A stretch of DNA of 64,000 nucleotides from Watersipora subatra (Eukaryota), in assembly GCF_963576615.1 (NCBI RefSeq), contig NC_088708.1, positions 42,925,115-42,989,114 on the forward strand, given 5' to 3'. The notes beneath the pieces were generated by a model that made no database searches, had not been told where the DNA came from, and saw only the letters and a list, made by a program, of their open reading frames with translations. Every line of letters begins with the position of its first letter. The stretch's first letter is position 1. Below are positions 13,210-24,126 of the stretch, piece by piece. The position numbers were made by a program, and so were the translations under genes.

Positions 13210-13448
13210 TCAGAGCATGTTTAGATGTGTGAAACGTCCGGAGTCTGTTGGCTGGTAGGTTTGCGAAGTGGTAAAATGGGAAGAGTGACTGGAAGGAACG
13301 AACTGATTTACTTCTGCGTCAAGAAGCTGCTCACTATCACCATCAGATGGATATTGCTCGGCATCAGGTTCCCCACTTAGGTAGCGTTTATGAAGCTGTA
13401 TTAACCGTTGCCGATAAGCAAGCTCTTGCTGGTTTCTCGCCATGGCTT
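13210..13448 (-). CDS. unknown-function gene, terminal exon (QAMARNQQELAYRQRLIQLHKRYLSGEPDAEQYPSDGDSEQLLDAEVNQFVPSSHSSHFTTSQTYQPTDSGRFTHLNML*)
   Basis: This is ORF-track ORF 13210..13563 with acceptor ttgtccag. The assembled protein is about 270 aa with an acidic Ser/Asp-rich tail. Confidence 0.5.
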
Positions 13449-13594
13449 CTGGACAAAAAGGTAGAAATAACTGTAAACTAAGTGAGCCCTTTGTGAGCTT
13501 AGGATGATAAAGATGATAGGTTGATAGAAGTACAAACGTAAAAGCACCTAATGTATGCCACAAACTGCTGTTACAAATACAGATTGTTACTTAC

Positions 13595-13705
13595 GTGTAA
13601 ATATCTGTCTTCGACGCAAAGCATCCTCAAAAGAAATATTTCTTTCATTCAGGGTCTTCAAAACAGATGACGCGGTAAACATCTTTAAATGGCGTAAAAC
13701 TTCTT
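13595..13705 (-). CDS. unknown-function gene, exon 3 (EEVLRHLKMFTASSVLKTLNERNISFEDALRRRQIFT)
   Basis: Acceptor ttgcag and donor GTAAGT are present and the phase is consistent. Confidence 0.5.
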
Positions 13706-13809
13706 CTGCAACATAACTAATAGCAATTTTTATAATGTAAACAGATGATATTAACTAAAAATCTACTTTGTAACTAGCTGGCCATAGCTAGCTGCTTACG
13801 CGCAATTAC

Positions 13810-14037
13810 CTTGAGTTTCAACTTCTGGATATTCATCCATATCACAATCTGGCAGTACCGTTTCCAGCTCCCTGCATTCCATATACCTATAGCGCTTTCG
13901 CACTTGTTTGTCAGGTTTAGGGGGATAATGCACTACAAGGTACAGTATACAAGCATTTAAGCCGCCCAGGATCCTATGCTCACGCAGTACACTAATCCAA
14001 TTGCGCTCTTTGTAGCAGCCAGCAGTGTTGCATAGTC
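13810..14037 (-). CDS. unknown-function gene, exon 2 (GLCNTAGCYKERNWISVLREHRILGGLNACILYLVVHYPPKPDKQVRKRYRYMECRELETVLPDCDMDEYPEVETQ)
   Basis: A 228-nt open frame runs between acceptor cttag| and donor |gtaatt, and its phase is consistent with exons 1 and 3. Confidence 0.5.
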
Positions 14038-14154
14038 CTAAGTGGTATGGGTTTTTACATGCAGGTTACAAAAAGACAAGAAAATATATAGGTTGGCGCA
14101 ATAAATGATCATGGCAAATCAAAGTATTAATGCAAAATCAAAATTGATCCTTAC

Positions 14155-14323
14155 CTACTCTCTGAGCAACCTCTGGAGAATCAACTATAAGAGGTCCACG
14201 CAGACGGTCTCCAGTTGAGTCTGCGTAATTATCCTCAGGCATTGGGGAAGCTTTAACCGTTTTGCCACCACCAGCAAGAAACATTTGATGAGTATCGTCA
14301 TATGCACTACCTATCATCGCCAT
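14155..14323 (-). CDS. unknown-function gene, coding exon 1 (MAMIGSAYDDTHQMFLAGGGKTVKASPMPEDNYADSTGDRLRGPLIVDSPEVAQRV)
   Basis: This is ORF-track ORF 14138..14323 with donor TAG|GTAAGG. Only that donor puts exon 2 in an open frame. Confidence 0.5.
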
Positions 14324-14832
14324 ATTCGCTTGCGTAATGAATTAACGCAGAAATGGCATGTCTTCAAATATTGTTAGCGCAAGGTAATAACATAAAGTAT
14401 TAAGAAGACTCTCACCCAACAGACAGCCTAGCTAATTCTACACATCTAATGCATTATGGACTAAGCAAAAATTGATCACAGTCGTATTTCAAATTGATTT
14501 TTCCGCGGTGAGAAGATCCAGGCTAATTGAAAACTGTGCCTTGAGCGTGTTTTCAAAAATCTATTTTATAATAGCATCAACAGGTATGGCTGCTCCAACT
14601 GTTAGAGGTAAAGACACTAATCCATTTACAATTTTAGGAATGAAAGTATTACATGTTTTCATCCGTGAGGTGTTACAAATGTGTTACTGTTTCTTATGAT
14701 ACAATAAGACTATAGAGCAGTCTTATTGTAATGCAGTCACAAAGTTTTGTAGAATGCAGAGGTGGTGATGAGATACAAGAGATAACCAAACATGGATTGA
14801 ATTATCAACTCGAGGAAAAGTATATAAAAGTA

Positions 14833-14838
14833 TTTATT
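14833..14838 (-). terminator. putative polyA signal AATAAA for RBM39
   Basis: A plus-strand tttatt lies about 107 nt downstream of the stop codon, followed by a perfect 11-bp-stem hairpin at 14701-14729. Confidence 0.35.
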
Positions 14839-14944
14839 TATAATGATATAATGATGTACAGATACAATGTATGATAAACGGAGATGCCAACACTACTAGT
14901 GGCAATACATCTCCAACTATATGATACATGATGAGTTAAAATAG

Positions 14945-15057
14945 CTACATGAGGCCAGCACGCGAGCTTGGCATCAGCAGCTGGGTAGACTTTGCCGCAT
15001 CTGGAAAGAGTTGATGGTAATTGGGTAAGGGAACGTAGGCGGCTGTAATCATTTTCC
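14945..15057 (-). CDS. RBM39: RBM39 terminal coding exon (KMITAAYVPLPNYHQLFPDAAKSTQLLMPSSRAGLM*; stop TAG 14945-14947)
   Basis: The sequence matches RBM39 GKMITAAYVPLPTYHNLFPDSMTATQLLVPSRR*. Acceptor ttgcag is present. Confidence 0.85.
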
Positions 15058-15190
15058 CTGCAACAAAATTTGTTATATATAAAAAGTACCACAGCAAATA
15101 ACATATAAGGCTATTAAAAACATTAAGAATTAAAGAAATCTAACAAATGATGATACGCAAACAGAAGGATAACATCTCTTGGAAACAAAC

Positions 15191-15375
15191 CTGCAAACCA
15201 ACGACCATGGAGGGCATTTACGGAAGCCACTGCACTAGCTATGCTGGGGCATTTGACATAGACATTTCCTTGAGCCGAGCTTTTGTCAACATATATGTGC
15301 AGAACACCGCCGTGCTTATTACACTCCTCTATAACGTCATCCCTTATTTCAACATCAAAGCTTTGATTCGCTTCC
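15191..15375 (-). CDS. RBM39: RBM39 exon 9 (EANQSFDVEIRDDVIEECNKHGGVLHIYVDKSSAQGNVYVKCPSIASAVASVNALHGRWFAG; UHM/RRM3)
   Basis: The sequence is near-identical to RBM39 DTEIKDDVIEECNKHGGVIHIYVDKNSAQGNVYVKCPSIAAAIAAVNALHGRWFAG. This is ORF-track ORF 15123..15395. Confidence 0.9.
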
Positions 15376-16461
15376 CTGCAACAAAGGAGTTTCAAAGTTC
15401 AGTCATTGCTCGGTTATACATTGCACTGAGAATCAAGTTTTGACACAAACACTGTGACACAAAAAGAAAATATGAAAGTATGAAATAAAAAAGACATTTC
15501 AAGGTGTGCCACCAAATATTAATTACTTTATACAGTTTTGACTTCTTCACATTTGGACTTATGCCAAAACCAACTATGGGTTTGCCCTCTGTTCGATGAA
15601 CTGTTGAAATGCTGAGTATGCAACAAGGTAAGTGTATACAGCGAGAAATAATAAAATAGCAATTTTCATAGTTATGGCGCGGGTGAAAATAGGAGGCTAT
15701 GCATGGACTGTTTTGGTAATAGTTGAAAGTTTGATAAAACAAAAGAAATTCAACTGCTAATCAAGTTATAACAATAGTAATATTGCTAGCATTAATAGAC
15801 AGCGGGCAGACAACAATCATAAATTTCTTAGCAAGAGAAAGCTGGAGAATGAATTGGAATGATAACCCACCCATAACTATATTAGACCAGGAGAAAACAG
15901 CGCAGCAATAATGTGCTGGCCAGGTATTCAATTTTGGGTGAGTTGGTAAAATGGTAAGCTACAGAACTGTAATGACATGACTTTGTCATTGACTTGTGTT
16001 CCTGATTGTGGGCAGGTGTGCGAAATAATTATAATGCTTCACATAAAAAGTAACCTCATTTAATGTGAAGTTGTCTGTTCCTAACCACATTCGCAACATT
16101 CACACTTTACCAATGTCATGGCTCCTTTAACTACCAACCCTGGTCATAAATGGAATGTTATTAAACATACAGTACTGAGATTGCTTGTGCCTAATATGAA
16201 ACATAATTGTACTTTTGTAGTGTACTATTGCAGAATTGTACTAATATGCTAAATCCTTCTTTGTGCTTCGTAACATTTGCCTGTGTGAATATTACTAAAA
16301 CATGGTGTACATCATTTATGTCAGTCGTGTGAATGTTTCAATATATCAAGAAAAATTGTCCAATACTAACTGTCCAACACTACACGCAGAACTGTTTTCT
16401 TTTCATTTTAATCGACCTAAAAAGAAATTAATTGCCACTAACCAAACTTATCAACTCATTG

Positions 16462-17872
16462 TGTACCATGGGGGGTCCTACCACACAAAGTTGTCTTCAG
16501 AATAGTCACTTAAAATCACTGTCGTCACTTTTAAAATCACTGTCACCTTTTTCAAGCTGGTAACCAAAACGACCTCTTTTTTCACATTCGTTATTTTAAT
16601 ACAAATATCCATTCTGGTGGCACTGGATTGCGTTAAAACCCTGAAACTTGCTCAGTTTGAACTTCTGCTAACCAAAAGCATGGCTCAACCAGCGACCTTC
16701 ACAAACTTATTAGTAATGTTTGGGAGCGTTGCTGATTACTCCGCGAAGAGTGACAGCCGTCTCAGGCTTTTAGGGCTACATTTCTTGTACTGAAAATAGA
16801 CCGAGATTGTCTTTAATAATCACTGTCAGTCATAGACTTGGAAACGGATTTGCTGTCAATGTCGTGGCATTTCATTGCTGTTTACTTTAATTATTTGGCA
16901 GTCTATAAATGCTGGACCAGATGCTTCAAACCAAAACTAGTTAAGTTTCGGTTGAACGTGTTGATTTATGGACAAATAATAAGTTAGTAAAGGTACGGCT
17001 ACACGTAACAAATTTTTCGTTGGTTCTAACCGAAATCACGAAATGATTGAAACACACAGAATTATTCTGCGCTGCTAGAATCGTGCTAGCGAGCACGATT
17101 TCAGCAGCTTTTGCAATTAGTATAGTCCAAGAGACGTATAATGACACACAATAAAAGTATAAGTGCAATTCAACATAGCACACACGATGCAACTGCTTAG
17201 ATTGCGTTATTGTATGTATTTATTGTTTGGACGCTATAGCTACAAATTGTTTATTTTTTAATTGTATTTCCTTTTTAGCAGCAAAAGTTTTGTGGTAGAA
17301 AAGGTTGCCATCTTTAGCGCAATCAAATCGGTTGCATCGTATTTACTATGGTGAATTTCCGTAATATATTTCTTGCGTGTCGCATTATGTTCTCGGACTA
17401 CATAAATTTTAAAATTATTTTGCTAAAGTCGTGCTCGCTCACCAAGAATAGCGCAACTTAAACAGTTACATCGTGTGTTCTATGTTGAATTGCTTTCATA
17501 CTTTTATTGTGTGTCACGATACATGTCTTGGACTATACTAATTGCTAAAGCTGCTAGAATTGTGCTCGCTAATAATTTGTTTACAGTAATCTGTTGAAAG
17601 CGTTTCGTCGACGAACTCGGTGGACATGCATAGCTCAAATATTTCTGTGAATTTCGACCGATTAATTCTGCGTTTTTCATGATTTGGGCCAGAACTCAGA
17701 ACCAACGAAAAATTTGTTACGTGTCGTCATGCTTTTAGTAATCCTACTTACACAATCATCGTCACCTCGTCACCTACATTGATAAACGGTCGTCTCGTCT
17801 GTCACTTTTTAAATATTCCTGTCGTCAGATCATCAGAATCGTCACAAAACATGGGAGGACCCCCACCATGAG
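16462..17872. mobile_element. about 1.4-kb non-coding element with nested inverted repeats (outer IRs 16466-16483 / 17852-17870, inner near-perfect IRs 16995-17190 / 17470-17725), a putative non-autonomous DNA transposon or foldback element
   Basis: acacgtaacaaatttttcgttggttct at 16999 matches the reverse complement of aacgaaaaatttgttacgtgt at 17700. The 90-bp block at 17105-17190 matches the reverse complement of 17470-17560. Confidence 0.4.
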
Positions 17873-18563
17873 CTACCCGGTGCGGCTTAAATAGTAGGGG
17901 TCTTTGTACATTTCCGATTAATGAGATAGACATTATTAATTAATCTATCGTATCAAAAGAATCATTTAGTTGCGCTGAGCTTCACGTTGAGCTAAGGTTT
18001 ACTTTCCAAAAACTATCTTTTATCGCAATTTCTTTTCGCAATCACCAGCCGCATTATAGCTATGGAGGTTTCACAAACTGTAAATCAATGTACTTCTGAT
18101 GATTAGCTATTGAACAATAGTACTAGTATTTTATTGTTAGCAGTAATAATGATGTCATAAGCTATAGCAGTAGTGATAGCTTGTCTGACTCCGAACTTGC
18201 TCGACTTGTTACTCACAGCAGTAACGGAAGGGGCCAAACAAGTGTCAGAGCTCAATCAGCAACCCATCGGTAGCTTTTTCATTGCATCAACTCATGTGAA
18301 AATTTTAGGCTGAATAATTTGGTATCAAAAGCTTTTTCATAGACCGAATGGTTTAAAAGTTATGACAACTTACACTGCATAAGCCATTGTGAGGTATTGG
18401 GTTTTACCGAATAGTGTTAATTACACGCCAGTAAAGAAAATGAATATTATTGAGAAACAGTTAATAGTCTGAAAATCACTGGGAGAACAGGTTGTGAACT
18501 ACCATAATCCTTTCAATTATCTTAGTAAAAATAAGAGCAGTAGCTGCTACACAAACTACTCAC

Positions 18564-18756
18564 GAGTTGGGGTCAAACATGTTGCTGAGCATGAAACACT
18601 GTGTAGCAATGGGAGGCTGCGACTGATTGAGCGCAGGGATCTGTGTAGACATCTGCAGATCAAGTGCATTCTGAGCAGCGGCTGGCAAGTTGAAACCAGT
18701 TCCTTCAGCTAGTTTTGCCATCAACGCTATCCTTCCCGTAGCGCCAAGGTCATAGC
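18564..18756 (-). CDS. RBM39: RBM39 exon 8 (GYDLGATGRIALMAKLAEGTGFNLPAAAQ..IATQCFMLSNMFDPNS)
   Basis: The sequence matches RBM39 GIDLGTTGRLQLMARLAEGTGLQIP..LATQCFQLSNMFNPQ. This is ORF-track ORF 18560..18889. Confidence 0.85.
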
Positions 18757-18862
18757 CTATAATTGACAAACAGTCGTTTTGGTTCACAAAAAGGAAAGGC
18801 GAATACTGATTCAAAAGAGAGAGAGAACAGGGGATGAGAAATGGAAACAAGTTAGCACTCAC

Positions 18863-19013
18863 CGTGTCTCTCCAGCTCCTCATTGTCATAACGGTCCTGC
18901 GTCACTAAACCCTCTTGTTTTTCTGTCACGTGTCCAACCTTCATCGGTCGACCAGCCAACTCAAAACCATTTAGCTGATTCATCGCCTTCACAGCATCAT
19001 CAGCATTTTTAAA
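18863..19013 (-). CDS. RBM39: RBM39 exon 7 (FKNADDAVKAMNQLNGFELAGRPMKVGHVTEKQEGLVTQDRYDNEELERH)
   Basis: The sequence matches RBM39 SDSECAKKALEQLNGFELAGRPMKVGHVTE. Acceptor tttacag and donor GTGAGT are present. Confidence 0.85.
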
Positions 19014-19117
19014 CTGTAAAAGCCAATTATTACCATGTACATATTATGCATGCTTATAGTAAATATAGCTCTGAATAGATATGGAATAAGCCATAGATAT
19101 ATAATAGCACAACTCAC

Positions 19118-19183
19118 CGTGACAAAACCAAAACCTTTGGACTTTTGTGTTTCAGGATCCAGGACAAGGTTTATGTGCTCAAT
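19118..19183 (-). CDS. RBM39: RBM39 exon 6 (IEHINLVLDPETQKSKGFGFVT)
   Basis: The sequence matches RBM39 IESIQLMMDSETGRSKGYGFITF. Acceptor tttgcag and donor GTGAGT are present. Confidence 0.8.
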
Positions 19184-19309
19184 CTGCAAAAAATGATTAT
19201 ATTGTACCCGCAATGACTGACAAAGAATAATGTCATCAGCACTATGTCATTCAACAAAGTTGAGACATGCAGAGCGAATAGCTCAGGTATAGAATGCAGT
19301 AATAAGTAC

Positions 19310-19606
19310 CCTGCCAAATGGCTCAAAGATTCCGCGTAGCATGTCATCTGTAATGTTGAAGTGGAGGGAACCAACATAAAGCCTCATCGGTCCGGTGTTC
19401 TGACCACGGAGAAGGTTCATGGTTGCCTGTCCGGCAGCACGATTCTTTTCTGCTTGAGACTGCTGCACTAAAATGGGCACTCCAAGTAATTTCTGACCAT
19501 TGAGTCCCATAGCCAGTGATACCGAGGCTACATCTACAAACTCAACATAAGCTATTCCCTTGGACCTCCGAGTTTTGTTGTCTGTAATTAGCTTGACATC
19601 TTTAAC
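19310..19606 (-). CDS. RBM39: RBM39 exon 5 (VKDVKLITDNKTRRSKGIAYVEFVDV..GPMRLYVGSLHFNITDDMLRGIFEPFGR; RRM1 end and RRM2 start)
   Basis: The ORF-track ORF 19283..19615 here matches RBM39 VRDVRMISDRNSRRSKGIAYVEF..GPMRLYVGSLHFNITEDMLRGIFEPFGR very closely. Confidence 0.9.
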
Positions 19607-20785
19607 CTGTAACAAAAGCGGGGTAAAGATTAATGATGAATTTTATGAATCTTACTTTACCTAATGTAATTTTGTGATAACGAAGGCTGGTGTAGAAAAG
19701 TCAATGATCATGTTTGTAATATTAGCTATTTGCACAAAATGACTTGTGGATGTGAGAGTGGCATCGCAACCAATCATATGATAGCGCCTGATGCTTATGC
19801 AGCAAATACCTATTATAGCCAAACCTTTAGAAGCGATCATCACAAAAGTCAAATTCTCAAACATACAACATAGAATCTGAGCGCATGTTTGACTCAGTGC
19901 ATGAAGTAATTACCAACGGATGTTACGAGTTTTTTTTAGAAAATTGCAGTTCTGTAAATTAACTGGCTAGTAAAAACTAAATGTATCGAAATAACAACAA
20001 TACTAAGCAGTTTCTATTCACCTATTCACCTTGTATATATTAGATTAAGTTAGGTCACATGTCTCTATCATCACCGTCTTACAACCTACTCCTCACCACT
20101 CTTACACTTTGTTCAAGTGTTTCTAGTACAATGTAATAACAAAAATCTCTTTTTATTGCTCATTACTTTATTAATTTAGTTGTTGCATTCAATTTGATTT
20201 TCACTTTTCGGTATTTTGCACAATCAATTTATTTTAATGCTACAATAACTTGCAGCATTAAGCTTTAGGTTTTTAGGCTGTGAAAAGAATTACAGCATAT
20301 TCTTATATAAGAATATTTGGGTTAATATGGAATTAAAAACTAACATACAAAGCAGATTTCGGACAAAAAATCTTTACATGCAGAGGTTTGAGTGTATGAA
20401 GTTTCTTCAGAGCTAACAATCGAACTTTGATGGGATTAGTGGCTTCAAATATATGTGTTATCTCCACATGAGGTTAAAGTCTAAACAAAATAAATGATAA
20501 ATTAATTCTTCATGTTAGTGTAAATATATCTTATTGTCCCTTTTAGGAGCTGACAACATGGACAAGGGAATATAAGAGCTTGATCACACATCCTTGGGCC
20601 TTGTCTACAGGTTTTTAGTTTTGCAAAAGAAACCCATAAACTTGTCATATTTCGTATAAAAAGAGAGACCTTGACACAGCCAATCAAGTGATATGAGGCA
20701 AGTGTGCGCGAGTGAGGCAAAATGACCAAGATCGATAAAGCAAACACCCTGTAAAAAACAGAAGGAAAACATTATCAAGACACAC

Positions 20786-20906
20786 CTTGCCAACAGAAGA
20801 GAAGAATTCTTCAAGGTCACGACTGCGAATTCGCGCAGCTAGTTGCATACAGAAGACAGTTCGGGCATCTCTTTCTTCGGGCGTCAACGGTGGGGACCTC
20901 TCCTTT
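20786..20906 (-). CDS. RBM39: RBM39 exon 4 (KERSPPLTPEERDARTVFCMQLAARIRSRDLEEFFSSVGK; RRM1 start)
   Basis: The sequence matches RBM39 LTPEERDARTVFCMQLAARIRPRDLEEFFSTVGK. Acceptor tattacag and donor GTGTGT are present. Confidence 0.85.
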
Positions 20907-21021
20907 CTGTAATACAGTCATAAGTTATATAATATATATAAAGAAACAAAAGATGGAGAGCTGGAGCAGAAAAGAACATGCAATAATTTGCAGAATCTGT
21001 ATATAAATTACTGACACCAAC

Positions 21022-21195
21022 TTTCTGCTAGGAGGAGACTGCCCTCGTCGCAAAGGTGACTTTCTTTTGCTCTCTCGCTCTCGAGACCGACTTCGCCTTT
21101 TCCTCTCTCGAGATCTACTGCGCTTTCTGTCACGATCGCGTCTATCTCTACTCCGAGACCGCCTCCTATCTCGATCCCTCCGATCTCTGTCATCT
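21022..21195 (-). CDS. RBM39: RBM39 exon 3 (RS-rich domain RDDRDRRDRDRRRSRSRDRRDRDRKRSRSRERKRRSRSRERESKRKSPLRRGQSPPSRK)
   Basis: This lies in ORF-track ORF 20925..21215 with acceptor atttgtag and donor GTTGGT. Its 174 nt are phase-consistent. Confidence 0.75.
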
Positions 21196-21569
21196 CTACA
21201 AATCAAAATAAGCATTTGGCAATGACAATGAAACTATTCAAACCAGTACTAAATGGCCTATAATGGATTGTAGATATCTTAAAATAAGGTATAATGGACT
21301 GCAGGTATTTCAAATACAATTTTTTTAGTAATTTTATTTTAAAAAATTGGGCAATTAAACATACATACATGTATCTATCAGAAAAAGAACGCGGACTAAA
21401 CTTTGCCACAATAAGTTATCTTCCTTGTTACTAGTAGTGCTTGTTGCTATGTATATGGATTGCGGGCGATAGCCAGGAATGGTGTGCGTGTAGCAGGTAT
21501 CAGACATTCACATTATGAATCGAGTGTTAAAAGATGAACTGACACAAGGTTTCAGTAAATTTTACTAGA

Positions 21570-21962
21570 AAGTATCGGGATTTCTTTATCATTTGATATT
21601 GTTTTTGATGTTTGAAGTGTTCTGACTGCCAGGATGTTTCTAGATTGAAATCGCCAAAACTTGATCGATGTTAAAGCGGTCAGATTCGTGCGAAAGTGTG
21701 ACTATCTACTTGCACTTCGGCAAAGAGATCGACAGAATAAAGATACTTACCGCTGCGACTTGAACGCAATAGCCAACATCGATAATGAGAGAGACAGGCA
21801 GTCATGAAACTAGTGACACCATTTCGGCACATATTTCTCTTCCGAGTGTTTCAAATACGATCAAGTTTTGTCGATTTAGTCTTAAAACATCCTGGCAGTC
21901 AGATCATCCCAAAGTCGGAAATGGTAGAAAAATACCGATACTTTTGATAAAATATACACACT
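21570..21962. mobile_element. MITE-like element with about 100-bp terminal inverted repeats in an RBM39 intron
   Basis: The block 21573-21668 (..aaagtatcgggatttc..ctgactgccaggatgtttctag..ccaaaacttgatcg) is the reverse complement of 21860-21960. Confidence 0.45.
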
Positions 21963-22128
21963 AATATTTAGTGCGAGTTCATCGTTAAGACTGGAAACCA
22001 GACCTGGTGTCTAACTGTGATAGCATATTATGACAGCTTACTGGTTGTACACTTTTTTAAAAGATGCTGAATTAAAAGAACGGATGCTGTATTTTTTGTT
22101 TCTTTTTACAAAATTAGTGAAAACTCAC

Positions 22129-22202
22129 CTTCTGTTCGAACCTCTGTCACGGCTTCTACTGCGCCGACGCCTGTCACTTTTGTGGTTTGAGTCTTTGTTC
22201 TC
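22129..22202 (-). CDS. RBM39: RBM39 exon 2 (ENKDSNHKSDRRRRSRSRDRGSNR; RS domain)
   Basis: Acceptor gcttgcag and donor GTGAGT are present, the exon is 74 nt, and the phase is consistent. Confidence 0.7.
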
Positions 22203-23456
22203 CTGCAAGCATAAATAACAACCTGTCGAATTAGTTAAGTTGGTGCAAAACAAGATATTGACGCTGGTCACGTTTTGCTGCAATTCTTGAGATTATTACA
22301 TTCTAATGTTTACTTACTCGGAAAGTTGGAAGACTGTGAAGAAACCTACAACAGAGCAACACTACAGACCGCATCTCACTAAACTAATACGTTATTTTAT
22401 TCATCTCATTTCTATTGGAGCACAAGTCTCTTGGTAAGCATGTACCCTACTCCTTGTTGCATTTGTCACTAGAATTGTAATGGATCCAGCAACGAGCAGT
22501 CTTATTCTACCTACTATTTTTCTTACACAGTGACCAACGTCAACAAGAAAATAGCAAAAACAAAAGATTGGTGTTGAAGAGAAAGCACGATGCTCCGTTG
22601 CACAGTGTATCACCTTGTGTCAACCCCGACTGACAGATGGGTATATGGAAATTCCAACAGATCATCCATCCTGACAAACAAATGAGCCAAGAGTCAGATG
22701 TAAGCTGGAAATTAATCGAGTATGTTATTCACCAGTGGGTCTTACTGCTAGATTAATGCATAAGTGACTGAGGATGGCAGAGAAAACTCCAATAATGAGC
22801 TAGGATTAGGAACGAGTAAAACAAACTTCTATTAAGCTCCCAGCTAATTGGCGCAGATTGGCTAGGTGATATTGTGATGGGTGATATATACACTGTAGGT
22901 GATATTCATTGAAGATAATTATATTAGGTAAAATTTCAATATTACGAAATGCTTATATAATAACAAACGCATTTCATGCTAGTAACATTGCAATGCCTAT
23001 CAATTATTTCAAGGTAAATCTTAAGCCAGTTTCTACATATTACTGAGTATGACGATATCGATTCGCATGTGATGAAGAGCAAACTTACGAGTAAGAAACT
23101 GTTGGAAACCTATTTGACAAAAGCAAACAAACCCTGCCAGTCTACCTTTCATTTTGGTTCAGTATCTCTGATAGAATCAAGACGGTACTGATTCTTTATT
23201 CTGAAGCTATGCTGAAAAGCCTGGGTGTGGCAACAAGAGATCTAGAGAGAGAAAAAGTTTAATCTGTTACAGGGAGCATAATGAATAGTAGAATGGGCTG
23301 CACATACACTAGCCGATTACAAAAACTACATAGAACGACAATAACAATGTCACACTCAAGTGCCTTATCCATATGCTTTGTTAATTCATAAATGTACAAG
23401 TAGTAAAATCATGCAGATATGGACCGAAGACATGCTGAAGTATTAAATAAAATTAC

Positions 23457-23510
23457 CTTTTCCCTATATGGCGCTTCAAGCATCGCTTCAACATCTAGGT
23501 CATCAGCCAT
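23457..23510 (-). CDS. RBM39: RBM39 (CAPER/HCC1) orthologue, first coding exon (MADDLDVEAMLEAPYREK)
   Basis: The N-terminus is almost identical to RBM39 MADDIDIEAMLEAPYKK. The ATG is at 23510 on the - strand and the donor is GTAATT. Confidence 0.85.
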
Positions 23511-24111
23511 AATTGTGGTATATTTAACAGTACTGACTTTGCCACGCTGTAAATAAAAAATCTTAAGCTTTAAATAGATGTTTATGTACCCATGATTTAT
23601 AAAAATCCGTTTGACCAACATTTATTGAAAAGAATATGCACATCAAAACAAGACATTGCCAACGATAAATTAACTAAAGTACAATTAAGCTGAAGTGAGT
23701 CGACTAATGATATCTTCATTATAGTTTACTGATGAAAATACTCTCCTACCAAACCTCCTTTGTCAGCGTATTGTGTATTCAAGTCTACTGCGCCTGGCTA
23801 TGATGTGTTGATAGTGTGATGATAGTGTTGATAACAGTCACGTCCACTTAATACCAGTCATTCTCCTAATGTCACATCAACGAACACAAAAGTGATGCAT
23901 CGATTCACAAATGAATGAAAGTTAAACAGCTGGCGCACCCTTAAAGTCTGTTTGCATAACTTTTGGTACCAAAAGACTTGCAAAGACCACATTGAGCAAA
24001 AGCTAAACTCTTCTTAACCATTAAAAAAATCTTCTCGGTACTACTCAATAATTCTGCTTTGGTGAACTAGTAAATGACAAAAAAGAAAGACTAGTCCCAT
24101 ATCATACGACG

Positions 24112-24126
24112 ATATATATATATATA
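24112..24126. repeat. (TA)7 microsatellite
   Basis: Simple repeat. Confidence 0.9.

Noticed and set aside
21735-21760. Candidate RS micro-exon (RSSRSG|gtaagt) in the RBM39 intron
   Set aside because: It lies in the centre of the MITE-like inverted-repeat element at 21570-21962. The RBM39 exon phases are already consistent without it.
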